In this document: positions 25,501-34,506 of the stretch, one piece after another
How positions within the stretch are numbered: the stretch's first letter is position 1
Layout of the letters: each line of letters opens with the position of its first letter
NCBI GenBank assembly: GCA_038212325.1
Contig: JBBQUQ010000001.1
Span: 8,339 to 72,338 of the forward strand
Source: Bacteroidales bacterium
GTDB taxonomy: Bacteria; Bacteroidota; Bacteroidia; Bacteroidales; FEN-979
DNA length: 64,000 nt
Reading direction: 5' to 3'
Made by a program: the position numbers and the translations under genes
Notes under the pieces: model-generated
What the model was told of the DNA's origin: nothing
What the model saw: only the letters and a program-made list of their open reading frames with translations
Database searches by the model: none

Positions 25501-26568
25501 AGTTACGGATGTAAAAACTACAAGTTTTATGCTTACACCGGGTATTCATATACGTTCAAGACCGGTTGCGGCGACGGGGCTACTGCAAATTATGACAGTT
25601 ACCTGCAAGTGCTTGATGCAAGCTGTGCAGAGGTTGCCTACAATGACGACGGTTGCGACGGCACATTGTCAAAGATCGAATGGACCCCGGTCGCCAGTGG
25701 ATATTACACGCTTAAAGTGCTTGGATATTCAAGCAATTTCGGCTCCTACACCCTTGCATACAATATGTGTTATACGGCACCGGCAATGCCTGACCTGATC
25801 TCGGGCCCGGCAGTGATTGGTGAAGGTACCGAACAGTCCTACAGCATTCCTGAGGTATACGGAGCAACATCCTACACCTGGTCATTCAGCGGTACGGGGA
25901 TTATTACCGGAAGCGGAACCAGCATCATCCTGTCGGCAACAAGCGACGGAGTGTTGAGTGTTACAGCGAACAACCTCTGCGGAAGCAGTTCTCCTTACCA
26001 GTTAGGCATAACCGTCATCCCGCAATTCGTTTACCCTGCCAATATTGTCATAACACCGGGGTCGACCGTATGCTATGCTGCCACGCAAACCATCACGGTG
26101 GCCGGCGGTGGATCCTACTACTATGTTCTGAATGGCGGCAGCGCCGAATTTGTTGCCGGGCAAAATATCTTTTTCATGCCCGGGTTAACGGTATACAGCG
26201 GAGGTCATCTCCTTGGCCGGATCACAACCACCGATACCTATTGTACGCCGGTTGTTGCAAAATCTGTCGAGAATGGCATTGCCGGAACTGCCGGGAATGA
26301 GATGCCTGCAATAATCGCAGGGGATTCATTCTTCAAAGTTTACCCAAATCCAACGTCCGGTGCCTTCACGCTTGAATTATCCGCCGAACCCGAAGGAGAA
26401 CTGGTGAAGGTGCAATGTTACAACCTTTTAGGGGCTTTGATCATTGAGAAGGAGTTCGAAACAGGAAAGCGCCATGAATTCACACTGGCCAACCAGGCAC
26501 CCGGGCTCTACGTATTAAAGGTTACGCAAAATAACCGGGCTGGCATGCAGAAGATTGTCAGGCAATAG
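22567..26568 (+). CDS. T9SS-secreted trypsin-like (S1, lysyl/glutamyl-endopeptidase-like) serine peptidase with three tandem Cys-rich repeats, a PPC-like domain and a sorting domain
   Basis: 1333 aa with a signal peptide. Catalytic-triad motifs: LLTANHCF (His), SDFTMVLL (Asp), TTGGSSGGLIV (Ser). Three ~125-aa repeats span aa 584-950, followed by a PPC-like domain. The T9SS tail is KVYPNPTSGAFTLEL...GLYVLKV. Confidence 0.85.
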   Translation: MKKNYLLSLPIIAVLLLGQLLFFQHTAYSQATEPVSIGTESHVVNFDNALHQKPVQHHLTRALTPQEMHVLGELTPAERTLIEGYVEPLAVGVVRDLKEPIRFSLSEINIPAQGEVSVSGGRLARINEDTIVWTTCIKSAKADELRIFFSEGNFPDGVKVNFFSKDGYAFNQFDLRGMLKEDGFYTTTTFADYVFMEVVIPVRLITENLYFVVPKVVHSDSRYMPDAPLDCYQDVNCSYANGYGDIGSLKASTAKLSFVVSGVNYICSGGLLNDARGIDWQPFLLTANHCFSSQASATSLEARFDLFSTSCNGGTNPNVVLVNGSSLIATNSGSDFTMVLLNQFPSGYRAFLGWTTGAVADNETMHSVNHPAGMPQKYVRVANDYSPAYNCTGFSTSNFHYTNVLGGQTTGGSSGGLIVNSGGGVVGQLYGTCHGTTWGECNYGSFNNMWGRFNVSYNNNNLQYWLNGGGSSVYMSTSTSSLSYATLNVGSYQDLTVTVYNDGYIPYYLNLEAGNAYISGADASQFSIIGTSYLYLSPSTSGTFTVRFAPTSSGAKSASLNIPHNANNIVSPKVISLSGAAEPCSNIISLGTGGTANAKTYSKSGSGIWYTTFSPCGSWSCPGNEQIYSFTAPYTGYYSIAVSASNSHWIDYMWKTSCDGGVWTCIDDAYYPGTYGSIYWTAGSTYYILADAESTALTTQTFYVFLNPCLNTVSIGGTGPDYSQTYNGGGTGGWNSNIAGPCSWLCPGVESVYSFVAPYTGYYSLNVSSTTEYYVDYAWSTSCGSTGWNCIQDVLSPGNYGNMFWTAGTTYYILLDDENGVVGPQTFYINEPNPCQGIISLACNQSVAFAGGGPGVWGYNPCYSSPGFEQIYSFVAPTTGQYSIEVNAAGSWVDYLWKAGSCSAGDWNCISYVQSPGQYGSMEWTAGTTYYIMLDDEDTYAGIHSFKIICPELCHTCPVYDYQISPNETWQLSSSSIDSYGCKNYKFYAYTGYSYTFKTGCGDGATANYDSYLQVLDASCAEVAYNDDGCDGTLSKIEWTPVASGYYTLKVLGYSSNFGSYTLAYNMCYTAPAMPDLISGPAVIGEGTEQSYSIPEVYGATSYTWSFSGTGIITGSGTSIILSATSDGVLSVTANNLCGSSSPYQLGITVIPQFVYPANIVITPGSTVCYAATQTITVAGGGSYYYVLNGGSAEFVAGQNIFFMPGLTVYSGGHLLGRITTTDTYCTPVVAKSVENGIAGTAGNEMPAIIAGDSFFKVYPNPTSGAFTLELSAEPEGELVKVQCYNLLGALIIEKEFETGKRHEFTLANQAPGLYVLKVTQNNRAGMQKIVRQ

Positions 26569-26607
26569 AGCAAGTTCCCGGTATCGGGTTAAATATTTTA
26601 CCGGCAG

Positions 26608-26648
26608 AAAAGCCATTTACGGGGTCACCCCCTGTAAATGGCTTTTTT
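26608..26648 (+). terminator. rho-independent terminator
   Basis: The hairpin is aaagccatttacgggg / ccctgtaaatggcttt with a short loop, followed by a T-run (gcTTTTTTga), 40 nt after the stop at 26568. Confidence 0.7.
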
Positions 26649-26715
26649 GAACCCCTGATCATGGCTTAACTTTTAAGCCAAAATATCTGTTTCTTAACCT
26701 GTAAAACCTTCAGCT

Positions 26716-29700
26716 ATGAATAAAAAAATAACTCACCTGAGCATTCTGCTGCCAATCATCATGATGTTGATCTTATTCACATCCATATCACAATCTTTCG
26801 CACAAAATGAACAGTCGGCAGGAACTCCATTGGTGGTTCATCCTGCCAGGGCAGAAACTGTTTCTGAAATTATGGACCGGGCAAAAAGAAATCCCGAACC
26901 GCAGATGCACGTGCGGCCTGAAATGGAAAATCCCGATCGCTCGAACCTGCCTCAAAATCCTGAATCCAGGCCTGCCGCAGGTTTTCCAGAATATGACCAG
27001 TCTGCCAATGCTTATCGGGGCCAGGCTTCTGACCAGCCTCAGACAATTGGCCTTTCCTTCAGCGGATTTACCAGTTCATCCGCATTCGGGCCTTTTCCCC
27101 CTGACGATATGGGAGCCATCGGCCCCACTCAGTATATCGTGGCAGTTAACGGAATCATCAGGTCATTTAATTCAACCACCGGGGTGGCTGATGGGGTTTT
27201 GAATGCAACCCCCGAAGCCTTCTTCGCCTCGGTCATGACCCCGATCGGAGGCGCAATAACATCCAATTTTACTTCGGATCCGCGGGTTCGGTACGACCGG
27301 CTTTCGGGCAAATGGATCCTGATCATTATTGACGTGCCAAATAATGGTGCTGCTGCAAACAGGTTGTTAATCGCCGTAAGCAATACATCAACCATCACTG
27401 GCGGTACTGTGTGGACATTCACCCAGTTTACCAGTGAGGCAAATACGTTCTTTGACTACCCTACCATCGGGATCGATGTAAACGCCGTTTATATCGGGGG
27501 AAATATGTTTTCGCTGGCCGGGAATTTTGTTCACACAAACGGCTATGTGATTAACCGGCTGAACCTGGAATCAGGCGGCGCATATACGGTGTATCCTTTC
27601 CTCAACCTGGCACTGGGAGCCGGCGCTGGTCCGTATACGCCGCAAGGCGTTGATAATTTTGACATTTCGGCCACCCAGGGATATTTTATCGGCGTGGATA
27701 ACGCTACCTATGGCACCCTCATGTTGCGCAGGGTGAGTACGCCGGCTGGCGTGCCAACTATTTCATCAAATATTCCCGTCACAGTTAATTCCACCTCTGG
27801 TCCTCATATCGTTCCCCATTCAGGCAATACCGGGGGCACCAATGGGAACCTCGACGCCATTGATGACAGGCTTTACGCCGCCATGATCAGGGGCGGACAT
27901 TTGTGGACCGCGCAAACTATTTACGTGAATGCATCGGGCACCACCACTTCGGCAAATCGCAACGGAGTGCGCTGGTATGATCTGATGAACCTGGCCACTA
28001 CACCGGCAGTAAACCAGTCAGGAACTGTTTTCGACCCTGCAGCCTCCAACCCCAGGTGGTACTTCTTCCCGTCGGTTATGGTCTCCGGACAAGGTCACGC
28101 TGCATTCGGTTTAACTGCCGGTGGTAACGCCGACCATGCCAATGCCGCCACAACCGGCCGTTTATCCGTTGATCCGGCAGGGACCACGCAGTCCATCGCC
28201 TTGACCACCGCAAGCGCCACAGCCTATAATCCTTCCGGCGACCCCGGAGGTGCCGGCGGAAGGAGATGGGGAGATTACTCTTATGTTTCGCTTGATCCGC
28301 TTGATGATATGACGATGTGGATGGTAAACCAATATTGTTCAGGGGCCAATGTTTATGGCTGCAATGTCACCAAACTGATCGCACCGCCGCCTGCTACCCC
28401 CGCAACCTGCAGTCCCGCTGTGGCATCAGCCGGACAGTCTTCGGTCAATATTGTGGTAACCGGCAATTCGGTCAGCGGCAGCGGATTTTATGATCCGGGC
28501 TCCAATCTTCCGGCGCCGGCATTGGCTTTTCATCATATTACAGCCACCGTTACAGGAGGTGTTGTGGTTAACAGCGTAACCTATACCAATCCTACACATA
28601 TTACGTTGAATATCAATACAAATGCTGCCACTGGCGGTTTGCAGACAGTTACGGTTTTCAATCCCGACGGACAATCCGTTGCCGGCATCGGGATCCTGAG
28701 GATCTGCCCGCTGATCACGGTTATAAATCCAACACCTGCGACCGGTACGGCAGGAACTGTTTTCAGCAAGACTTTTACCTCTTCCGGAGGAGCGCCGGCA
28801 GTCACCTATAGTACTGCAAGCGTGTTACCAAATGGCCTGGCACTGGCCGCCAATGGTGTGTTGAGCGGAGTTCCAGCCCAAACAGGCACCTTCCCTGTCG
28901 TTGTCGTTGCCACCGATGTTAATGGTTGTACCGGTACAGGTTCTCCTTATAACCTGGTGATAAGCTGTCCGGTTGTGAATCCTTCAATTTTCGCAAACGG
29001 ACCCACCGCATTTTGTCCGGGAGGATCGGTGCAATTATCTTCCAGCGGTGGCAATGCCTTGCAATTCAATGGCACCTCAAGTTATGTGACCATTCCTTCG
29101 GGCATCAATTCGGCCTTCAGCAGCAGCCGGGTTACCGTTGAAGGCTGGTTTTACCAGACCGCTGCAACCGTTGCCACCCCGGCCCTTGTCACAGAAGCGT
29201 ACCTCGGCGACGGAAAAGTGACATTTTCGATGTATTTAAGCGGACAGCAGATCATCGCCGGATTCTTTTCCGGTGCCTGGATCACCGCCGGCAGCACTTC
29301 AAACCTGCCGCTGAACGTATGGACCCATGTTGCAGCCACTTATGATCAAACGGCCATCAGGATTTATATCAACGGCGTAGCTGCGGGCTCTTTTGCAACT
29401 GCCTCTGTGTTGCCAGCCGGCACCGAAGAATGGAGAATAGGCAGGAGATGGGATAATGCCGAATATTTCCAAGGCAGAATGGATGAAATACGTATTTGGA
29501 ATATAGCCAGGTCGCAGGCCCAGATCCAGGCAGGCATGAGCATGGTCCTTCCGCCAAATACAAACGGTTTGACTGCCTGCTACAGGCTCGATGAAGGAGC
29601 AGGAACATCGGCCGCAGACCTTACCGGACATGGATATAATGGCACCATCGTGAGCAGTCCGACATGGGTAATTCCATCAACAGCACCACTGGCAGGTTAT

Positions 29701-30636
29701 TCCGGCTACCTGTGGTCGAACGGCGCTGCCACTTCCGGCATCAATGTAAATGCCACAGGAAGTTACACCGTTACCGTCACTGATCTTTATGGCTGTGCTG
29801 GTGCCAGTGCTGCAACTGCAGTCACCTTGAAGGGATTAACCGGTGCCGCCGGGGTGATTTCGGGTCCGGCCGTGACTGCCCAGGGACATACGGGACTTGT
29901 TTATACGGTTCCGGCCATTCCAAATGCGACCGGTTATGTGTGGGCTTTACCATCAGGGGCGACCCCTGCATCAGGGTCCAATACAAACAGCATCACAGTT
30001 GATTTTTCGGCAGCGGCTGTTTCAGGAAACATAAGTGTTTATGGGACGAATGATTGTGGAAACGGCGCGGTATCTCCGCAATTTGCCATCACCGTTATTG
30101 TCTCAACCTACAATACAGGGAATACCGTAGTGAACTCCGGAAATATACTATGTTATAACGCCATCCAGACCATTTTTGTTCCGGGGAACGGCAACACCTT
30201 TGCAGTGCTGAGTGGCGGAAGCGCCACCATGATCGCCGGTCAGAATATATTCTATCAGCCGGGGACAATGGCTGCATCCGGTGGATATCTGCACGGGTAC
30301 ATTACCACGAACAACCAGTATTGCGGCGGGATGGCACCCTCCATGCTTACAGTGGTTGCAGGGATTGAAACACTTCCGGTGGGTTCAGTTACCCCATTCT
30401 TAAAAATATACCCGAATCCCACCTCCGGAACCTTTACAATTGAACTGACCGGCGATACAGGATCACAGGATGCGAGGGTTGAAATTATGAATATGAACGG
30501 TGTCAAAGTGCTTGATGAACAGCTGAACGGTGACAGGAAATACAACTTATCCATCACAGCCATGCCACCGGGCCTCTATTTTATACATGTTGTTGCAGGA
30601 AACCTTGCTGAAACGGTTAAATTGGTAAAATTGTAA
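26716..30636 (+). CDS. T9SS-secreted multidomain protein with Ig-like and LamG (concanavalin-like) domains
   Basis: 1306 aa with a signal peptide. Putative-Ig domain: TFTSSGGAPAVTYS...LPNGLALAANGVLSGVP. LamG_3-like domain: LQFNGTSSYVTIP...WTHVAATYD...GRMDEIRIWNIARSQAQIQ. T9SS tail: KIYPNPTSGTFTIEL...GLYFIHV. The N-terminal ~550 aa are unrecognised. Confidence 0.85.
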   Translation: MNKKITHLSILLPIIMMLILFTSISQSFAQNEQSAGTPLVVHPARAETVSEIMDRAKRNPEPQMHVRPEMENPDRSNLPQNPESRPAAGFPEYDQSANAYRGQASDQPQTIGLSFSGFTSSSAFGPFPPDDMGAIGPTQYIVAVNGIIRSFNSTTGVADGVLNATPEAFFASVMTPIGGAITSNFTSDPRVRYDRLSGKWILIIIDVPNNGAAANRLLIAVSNTSTITGGTVWTFTQFTSEANTFFDYPTIGIDVNAVYIGGNMFSLAGNFVHTNGYVINRLNLESGGAYTVYPFLNLALGAGAGPYTPQGVDNFDISATQGYFIGVDNATYGTLMLRRVSTPAGVPTISSNIPVTVNSTSGPHIVPHSGNTGGTNGNLDAIDDRLYAAMIRGGHLWTAQTIYVNASGTTTSANRNGVRWYDLMNLATTPAVNQSGTVFDPAASNPRWYFFPSVMVSGQGHAAFGLTAGGNADHANAATTGRLSVDPAGTTQSIALTTASATAYNPSGDPGGAGGRRWGDYSYVSLDPLDDMTMWMVNQYCSGANVYGCNVTKLIAPPPATPATCSPAVASAGQSSVNIVVTGNSVSGSGFYDPGSNLPAPALAFHHITATVTGGVVVNSVTYTNPTHITLNINTNAATGGLQTVTVFNPDGQSVAGIGILRICPLITVINPTPATGTAGTVFSKTFTSSGGAPAVTYSTASVLPNGLALAANGVLSGVPAQTGTFPVVVVATDVNGCTGTGSPYNLVISCPVVNPSIFANGPTAFCPGGSVQLSSSGGNALQFNGTSSYVTIPSGINSAFSSSRVTVEGWFYQTAATVATPALVTEAYLGDGKVTFSMYLSGQQIIAGFFSGAWITAGSTSNLPLNVWTHVAATYDQTAIRIYINGVAAGSFATASVLPAGTEEWRIGRRWDNAEYFQGRMDEIRIWNIARSQAQIQAGMSMVLPPNTNGLTACYRLDEGAGTSAADLTGHGYNGTIVSSPTWVIPSTAPLAGYSGYLWSNGAATSGINVNATGSYTVTVTDLYGCAGASAATAVTLKGLTGAAGVISGPAVTAQGHTGLVYTVPAIPNATGYVWALPSGATPASGSNTNSITVDFSAAAVSGNISVYGTNDCGNGAVSPQFAITVIVSTYNTGNTVVNSGNILCYNAIQTIFVPGNGNTFAVLSGGSATMIAGQNIFYQPGTMAASGGYLHGYITTNNQYCGGMAPSMLTVVAGIETLPVGSVTPFLKIYPNPTSGTFTIELTGDTGSQDARVEIMNMNGVKVLDEQLNGDRKYNLSITAMPPGLYFIHVVAGNLAETVKLVKL

Positions 30637-30678
30637 CAGGAAACCTTGCACCCCGTCGGTGAAAGAATCGTGGCAACA

Positions 30679-31770
30679 TTACTTCATTTTGATCAATTTG
30701 AGTATTTCAGTTGAACCATCTGCCGTAACCATAACAAAATAAAGTCCATCTGAAAAATCAACCATGCTGAATTCGTGTTGTTTCTCTCCATGCAGCCTTT
30801 CATTCATCACCATTACCCCATCCATGGTATAAACCTTTACCTCAACATTTTCAAGGTCATGATCGCCCTTAAGTAACAGTGTGAAATTACCATTTGTGGG
30901 ATTGGGGTATATCAGCATGGAAGGTTTTTCAACTTCTCCTTCACTGATAAGTGTCGACTTTAAACCATTGTTCAACGATCTATCTTTGAGACAGCGAGTG
31001 GATAGTCCTGTCACTTTATAAAACTGGCCATTGGTTGAGGCGGCGATTGAATACGATGCTCCACGATAATATACATCAGTATTGGGATTATAACCTGGCG
31101 ACACAGTCCAGAAGATAGCATCCTTGCCCTTATAATAGAAATTTCCGTTACTCCAGCGTTCGCCGGCAGGTAAAGCCGTAAACCCCACGGAATTGGTGGC
31201 TGCAGTATTTGGAAACAGATAGTGAGTATATCCTTTTTCCTTAATCATTCCTCCGGCAACCCCCACCCCACCCAAATAAGTCACCAGTGCTCCCCATTCA
31301 CCATTGGTCGGTATATGCCATCCGCCCGGACAAATACCCTGAACATCGCCTGTAGGTATAGGATTCCAATTCGTTGTATTATTTGCTCCATTAAGATATT
31401 GAACCATTTCGCTCCATTGGTAGAGTCCACCGTAAACTTTACATAACGAATCTAAATCGTCGTAACAGTATTTTTCAATGATTCCGTTATCAGTTTGATT
31501 TTGATTACTGTTGATTTTTGTACCAACAGATAAATTATTTTTAAACCAGCATTGTGAACCTATTTCTACTGTGTAAAGTATATCTCCGCCATAAACTACT
31601 ATTGAAATTCCATTGCATGCACCACCCGGCAATGTGTCAGGTATGGCGATAAACCGTTTATGAAGAATTGTGCTTGGTGGTTTGATTTGAATATCAATTC
31701 CAATATATGTTTGTGCTGATGCAGTGAACACAGACAACCCGAATAACAATAATAAACTAAAATTTTTCAT
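30679..31770 (-). CDS. T9SS-secreted protein with a Fibrobacter succinogenes major paralogous (Fib_succ_major) domain
   Basis: Motifs YGGLYQWSEM and CPGGWHIPTNGEW. T9SS tail: IYPNPTNGNFTLLL...GLYFVMV. ATG at 31770 gives the signal peptide MKNFSLLLLFGLSVFTASAQ. The track start at 31869 would lie upstream of the -7 box. Confidence 0.8.
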   Translation of the reverse strand: MKNFSLLLLFGLSVFTASAQTYIGIDIQIKPPSTILHKRFIAIPDTLPGGACNGISIVVYGGDILYTVEIGSQCWFKNNLSVGTKINSNQNQTDNGIIEKYCYDDLDSLCKVYGGLYQWSEMVQYLNGANNTTNWNPIPTGDVQGICPGGWHIPTNGEWGALVTYLGGVGVAGGMIKEKGYTHYLFPNTAATNSVGFTALPAGERWSNGNFYYKGKDAIFWTVSPGYNPNTDVYYRGASYSIAASTNGQFYKVTGLSTRCLKDRSLNNGLKSTLISEGEVEKPSMLIYPNPTNGNFTLLLKGDHDLENVEVKVYTMDGVMVMNERLHGEKQHEFSMVDFSDGLYFVMVTADGSTEILKLIKMK

Positions 31771-31805
31771 TTTCTCGTTTTTTAAATTACCGGAATTCAA
31801 CTGCG

Positions 31806-31813
31806 CAAAGGTA
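31806..31813 (-). promoter_or_regulatory. candidate -7 box (TACCTTTG on the minus strand)
   Basis: Matches TAnnTTTG, 36 nt upstream of the ATG at 31770. Confidence 0.35.
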
Positions 31814-32082
31814 AATACCCTTTTAATCACAGGTATTACACAAATTTGAAATAATGTTGTATGTTTCACACGTTTTCCAGAGAAATGGGTTTTCTCTTTG
31901 CAATCCCGTAATTGCCACTACGCAAAAGCTTCCTTATCTCCTCCATGATTTTAATATGGTCAATCCGGACTCATGGAGTGTTTTTTCATCGGGGTACAAC
32001 GACAACAGTAACCTGGTAGCTCCGCACCCACTGATTGAAAATCTCACGGTTCATATTAATGGGCATTGTTCAGGAAGTAATT

Positions 32083-32110
32083 TAAAAACCACCCTTTACG
32101 AGTGGTGGTT
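32083..32110 (-). terminator. rho-independent terminator of the 32118-33980 gene
   Basis: The minus-strand RNA has the stem aaccacc/ggtggtt with a 10-nt loop, followed by TTTTT, 8 nt after the stop. Confidence 0.5.
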
Positions 32111-32117
32111 ACAGCAA

Positions 32118-33980
32118 TTAATATTTCTTAATGATTTTAGCGTTAGATGACCTGTCTCCCATCGTCACATGAATAAAATAAATTCCGGGTTGCATGTTAT
32201 TGATGGAAAATTCTTTTGACTTATTACCTGTCATGTCCTCTTCAATGACCTTTGCTCCAAGCATGCTGTAAATCTGCACCACCGGGCGAGATAATTGTTC
32301 TGAGGCTAACAATTCGAGCGTAAATTTTCCTTCTGTGGGGTTGGGATAAACTCTGAAGAGGTTCGACTTATCGCCTATAATCGGTTTATTCTCATTTACA
32401 GTGGTAGTCAACATCGAAAGAGGTTGCATCCCGCAGGGGGATTCGCTGATATATCCATGTAAGTAACCTCCGCTCAGAACAGTGGTTCCCGGCATATAGT
32501 GGATCTCTTGTCCCGCAATCATACTAACATTACCACCAGGCTGTACGATAAAGTAGGTTCCATTTCCCGCCACGGTAATGGTTTGCATGGCATTATACAC
32601 TCTGGTATCTGCAACAATGATATTGGTCAGGTAAAGATTGGCAGGAACCACAGGATTGGTACTATTGACAGTTATTGCAACGGTAGTCAATGCCCCGGTA
32701 GTTGTAAGCGCTCTGCCGTCAAGTATAACTCCGGTATTCAGCCCCAGAGCACCGTTGTTACAAATTATTGTTCCGCAGAAAACTGAATAATTATTTATGC
32801 TCACTGCACCTTCAATTTTCCAAAACACATTTCTTGCCATCGCTCCGTTTGTCAAAATGACTTTTGAATAGGTACTTGTTGAAAGTGCACCGTTTATCTT
32901 GATAACAAATACTGCATCGGGGTTACCTTGCGCATCGAGGTAAAGACTATCTGTTAATACTGTAGCAGCATCAAGGAGATACGTATGCGGAGTCAGATTC
33001 AGGTTGTTTCCAAACTGTGCAGGATATAACAGGTTGATATCATAAGGCAGGAGATTGAGATAATTATATACATTGAGTAAATCGGCTGCGCAGGTTGCTG
33101 TGGAGATATCCGGAATGGGATGTATGGTACCGGTTACGAGTAAAGGATCAAAGCCTGTGGTTAAACCTACATTCGTTCCAATATCCCCAACAACATGCGT
33201 GATGCCGCTGTTTGAAACAGCTCCGTCAGCAGAAAATAATGCATAGCATGCTGTTGAAGCAAGGGCAGGAGCATCGGGTCCGGTGAGCACAGGACTTCCG
33301 CAACCGACCGGGGTAAATGCCTTCACTCCGTGAACAGTAACTGCTCCTGCAATAGAAAGGGCTCTTCCATTAAGTCTGCTGCCTGAGAATATTTCTATTG
33401 CAGCATTGTGGGCGATGATAGTTCCCTTCATCTTGGTACCAGCGGCCAGACTCACTAAACCTTCTACTTTCCAGTATACATTACATGCTTGCGCACCATT
33501 AAGCAAAAGTATCCGGGAAGAGGGGCCGGAGGAGAATGCACCCTGGATTTGGAAAATAAATACAGCATTTGCATTTCCCTGCCCGTCTAAATATAGGTCC
33601 AGGTTCAGCGATGCAGCCGCGGAAATTGAATAAACACCTTCGTTAAGTGTGTCGCCATTACCTAAAAGAGGCGCAGGAAAGAACATAGGTGTTGTCCCAT
33701 TCAGCAGGTTATATGCAGTGAGCAAATCAGCGGAAGCTGATGCACTCACGCCATCACCATCGTGCATCTGCCCGTTCACATTGCCAAACCCGGTGCTGGA
33801 ACCTGAGTTTGTGCCTACATTTCCTGTGATGTGCGAAATTCCGGTGTTGGTTACAGCTCCCGCAGAAGAGAAAAGCACAAAACTGCCCACAGTGCCCAAA
33901 TTGGGAGCCTGGGCAAAATTCATAATCGGGAATAATAACAAAGTACCGGATGTCAAAATATACAGAATTTTTGCTTTCAT
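32118..33980 (-). CDS. T9SS-secreted protein with two tandem ice-binding-like (DUF3494) beta-helix domains
   Basis: 620 aa with a signal peptide. The DUF3494-type openings LGTVGSFVLFSSAGAVTNTGISHITGNVGTNSGSSTGF and ACYALFSADGAVSNSGITHVVGDIGTNVGLTTGF each precede ...NGRALS/DGRALT. T9SS tail: RVYPNPTEGKFTLEL...GIYFIHV. Confidence 0.8.
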   Translation of the reverse strand: MKAKILYILTSGTLLLFPIMNFAQAPNLGTVGSFVLFSSAGAVTNTGISHITGNVGTNSGSSTGFGNVNGQMHDGDGVSASASADLLTAYNLLNGTTPMFFPAPLLGNGDTLNEGVYSISAAASLNLDLYLDGQGNANAVFIFQIQGAFSSGPSSRILLLNGAQACNVYWKVEGLVSLAAGTKMKGTIIAHNAAIEIFSGSRLNGRALSIAGAVTVHGVKAFTPVGCGSPVLTGPDAPALASTACYALFSADGAVSNSGITHVVGDIGTNVGLTTGFDPLLVTGTIHPIPDISTATCAADLLNVYNYLNLLPYDINLLYPAQFGNNLNLTPHTYLLDAATVLTDSLYLDAQGNPDAVFVIKINGALSTSTYSKVILTNGAMARNVFWKIEGAVSINNYSVFCGTIICNNGALGLNTGVILDGRALTTTGALTTVAITVNSTNPVVPANLYLTNIIVADTRVYNAMQTITVAGNGTYFIVQPGGNVSMIAGQEIHYMPGTTVLSGGYLHGYISESPCGMQPLSMLTTTVNENKPIIGDKSNLFRVYPNPTEGKFTLELLASEQLSRPVVQIYSMLGAKVIEEDMTGNKSKEFSINNMQPGIYFIHVTMGDRSSNAKIIKKY

Positions 33981-34470
33981 GTGGTTTGTTTTTAAGATTA
34001 AACTTATTAATGATTTACTCCTTCTTTTTTGTATTTTTTGACGTTATATTCCTACGTATTCATTGTAATTAAGTCCTATTTTTCATTAAAAGACATTCGA
34101 CTCTAAACTGAAGGCCATCTTCGACAACAAATGCCGGTTTACTTATAGTGTTTATGTACTGACTGACTGTTGCAAAAATTACAATTCAAAGATGATTATG
34201 TTTTAACGGAAAAGTGTTATATAATCTTGGAAATTTATTACATAATTCTCACATTTTCTGTCGTGTAGCGTTTTTCAACCTTGAGACAGCCATCCATCTG
34301 GTATTCCCATGCGTCCGCATCGAGTGGCAAACCGTGACTGAAAATGGAGGGCTGCCCTGAACCCCGCCTGAAATAAATTTGGGTATTGTCTTTCGTGATA
34401 AATCACCTGAATAGAATGGTCATCAAAGGCGAATAACTATAACCCTGTGTTTGCCGTTGTATGTGCCAAA

Positions 34471-34506
34471 AGAAAAAACCACTTACAAAAAACGTTGTAA
34501 GTGGTT
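34471..34506 (-). terminator. rho-independent terminator downstream of the tRNA
   Basis: A 12-bp perfect stem (34477-34488 pairs with 34495-34506, aaccacttacaa/ttgtaagtggtt) is followed on the minus strand by TTTTTTCT. Confidence 0.7.

Noticed and set aside
31854-32150. A 98-aa plus-strand ORF in the gap between the Fib_succ and ice-binding-like genes.
   Set aside because: It has no recognisable motifs. It overlaps the predicted terminator of the upstream gene and the stop of 32118-33980. The region is better explained as terminator plus promoter space.
32118-33980. Inferring a cold-adapted lifestyle from the ice-binding-like protein.
   Set aside because: DUF3494 proteins occur in many non-psychrophilic bacteria, and nothing else in the window bears on temperature adaptation.
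34270-34420. A stop-free minus-strand stretch that might be a small gene.
   Set aside because: It has no start codon, is about 55 codons long and has no family motif I can recognise. I kept it only as a possible decayed fragment in the findings.
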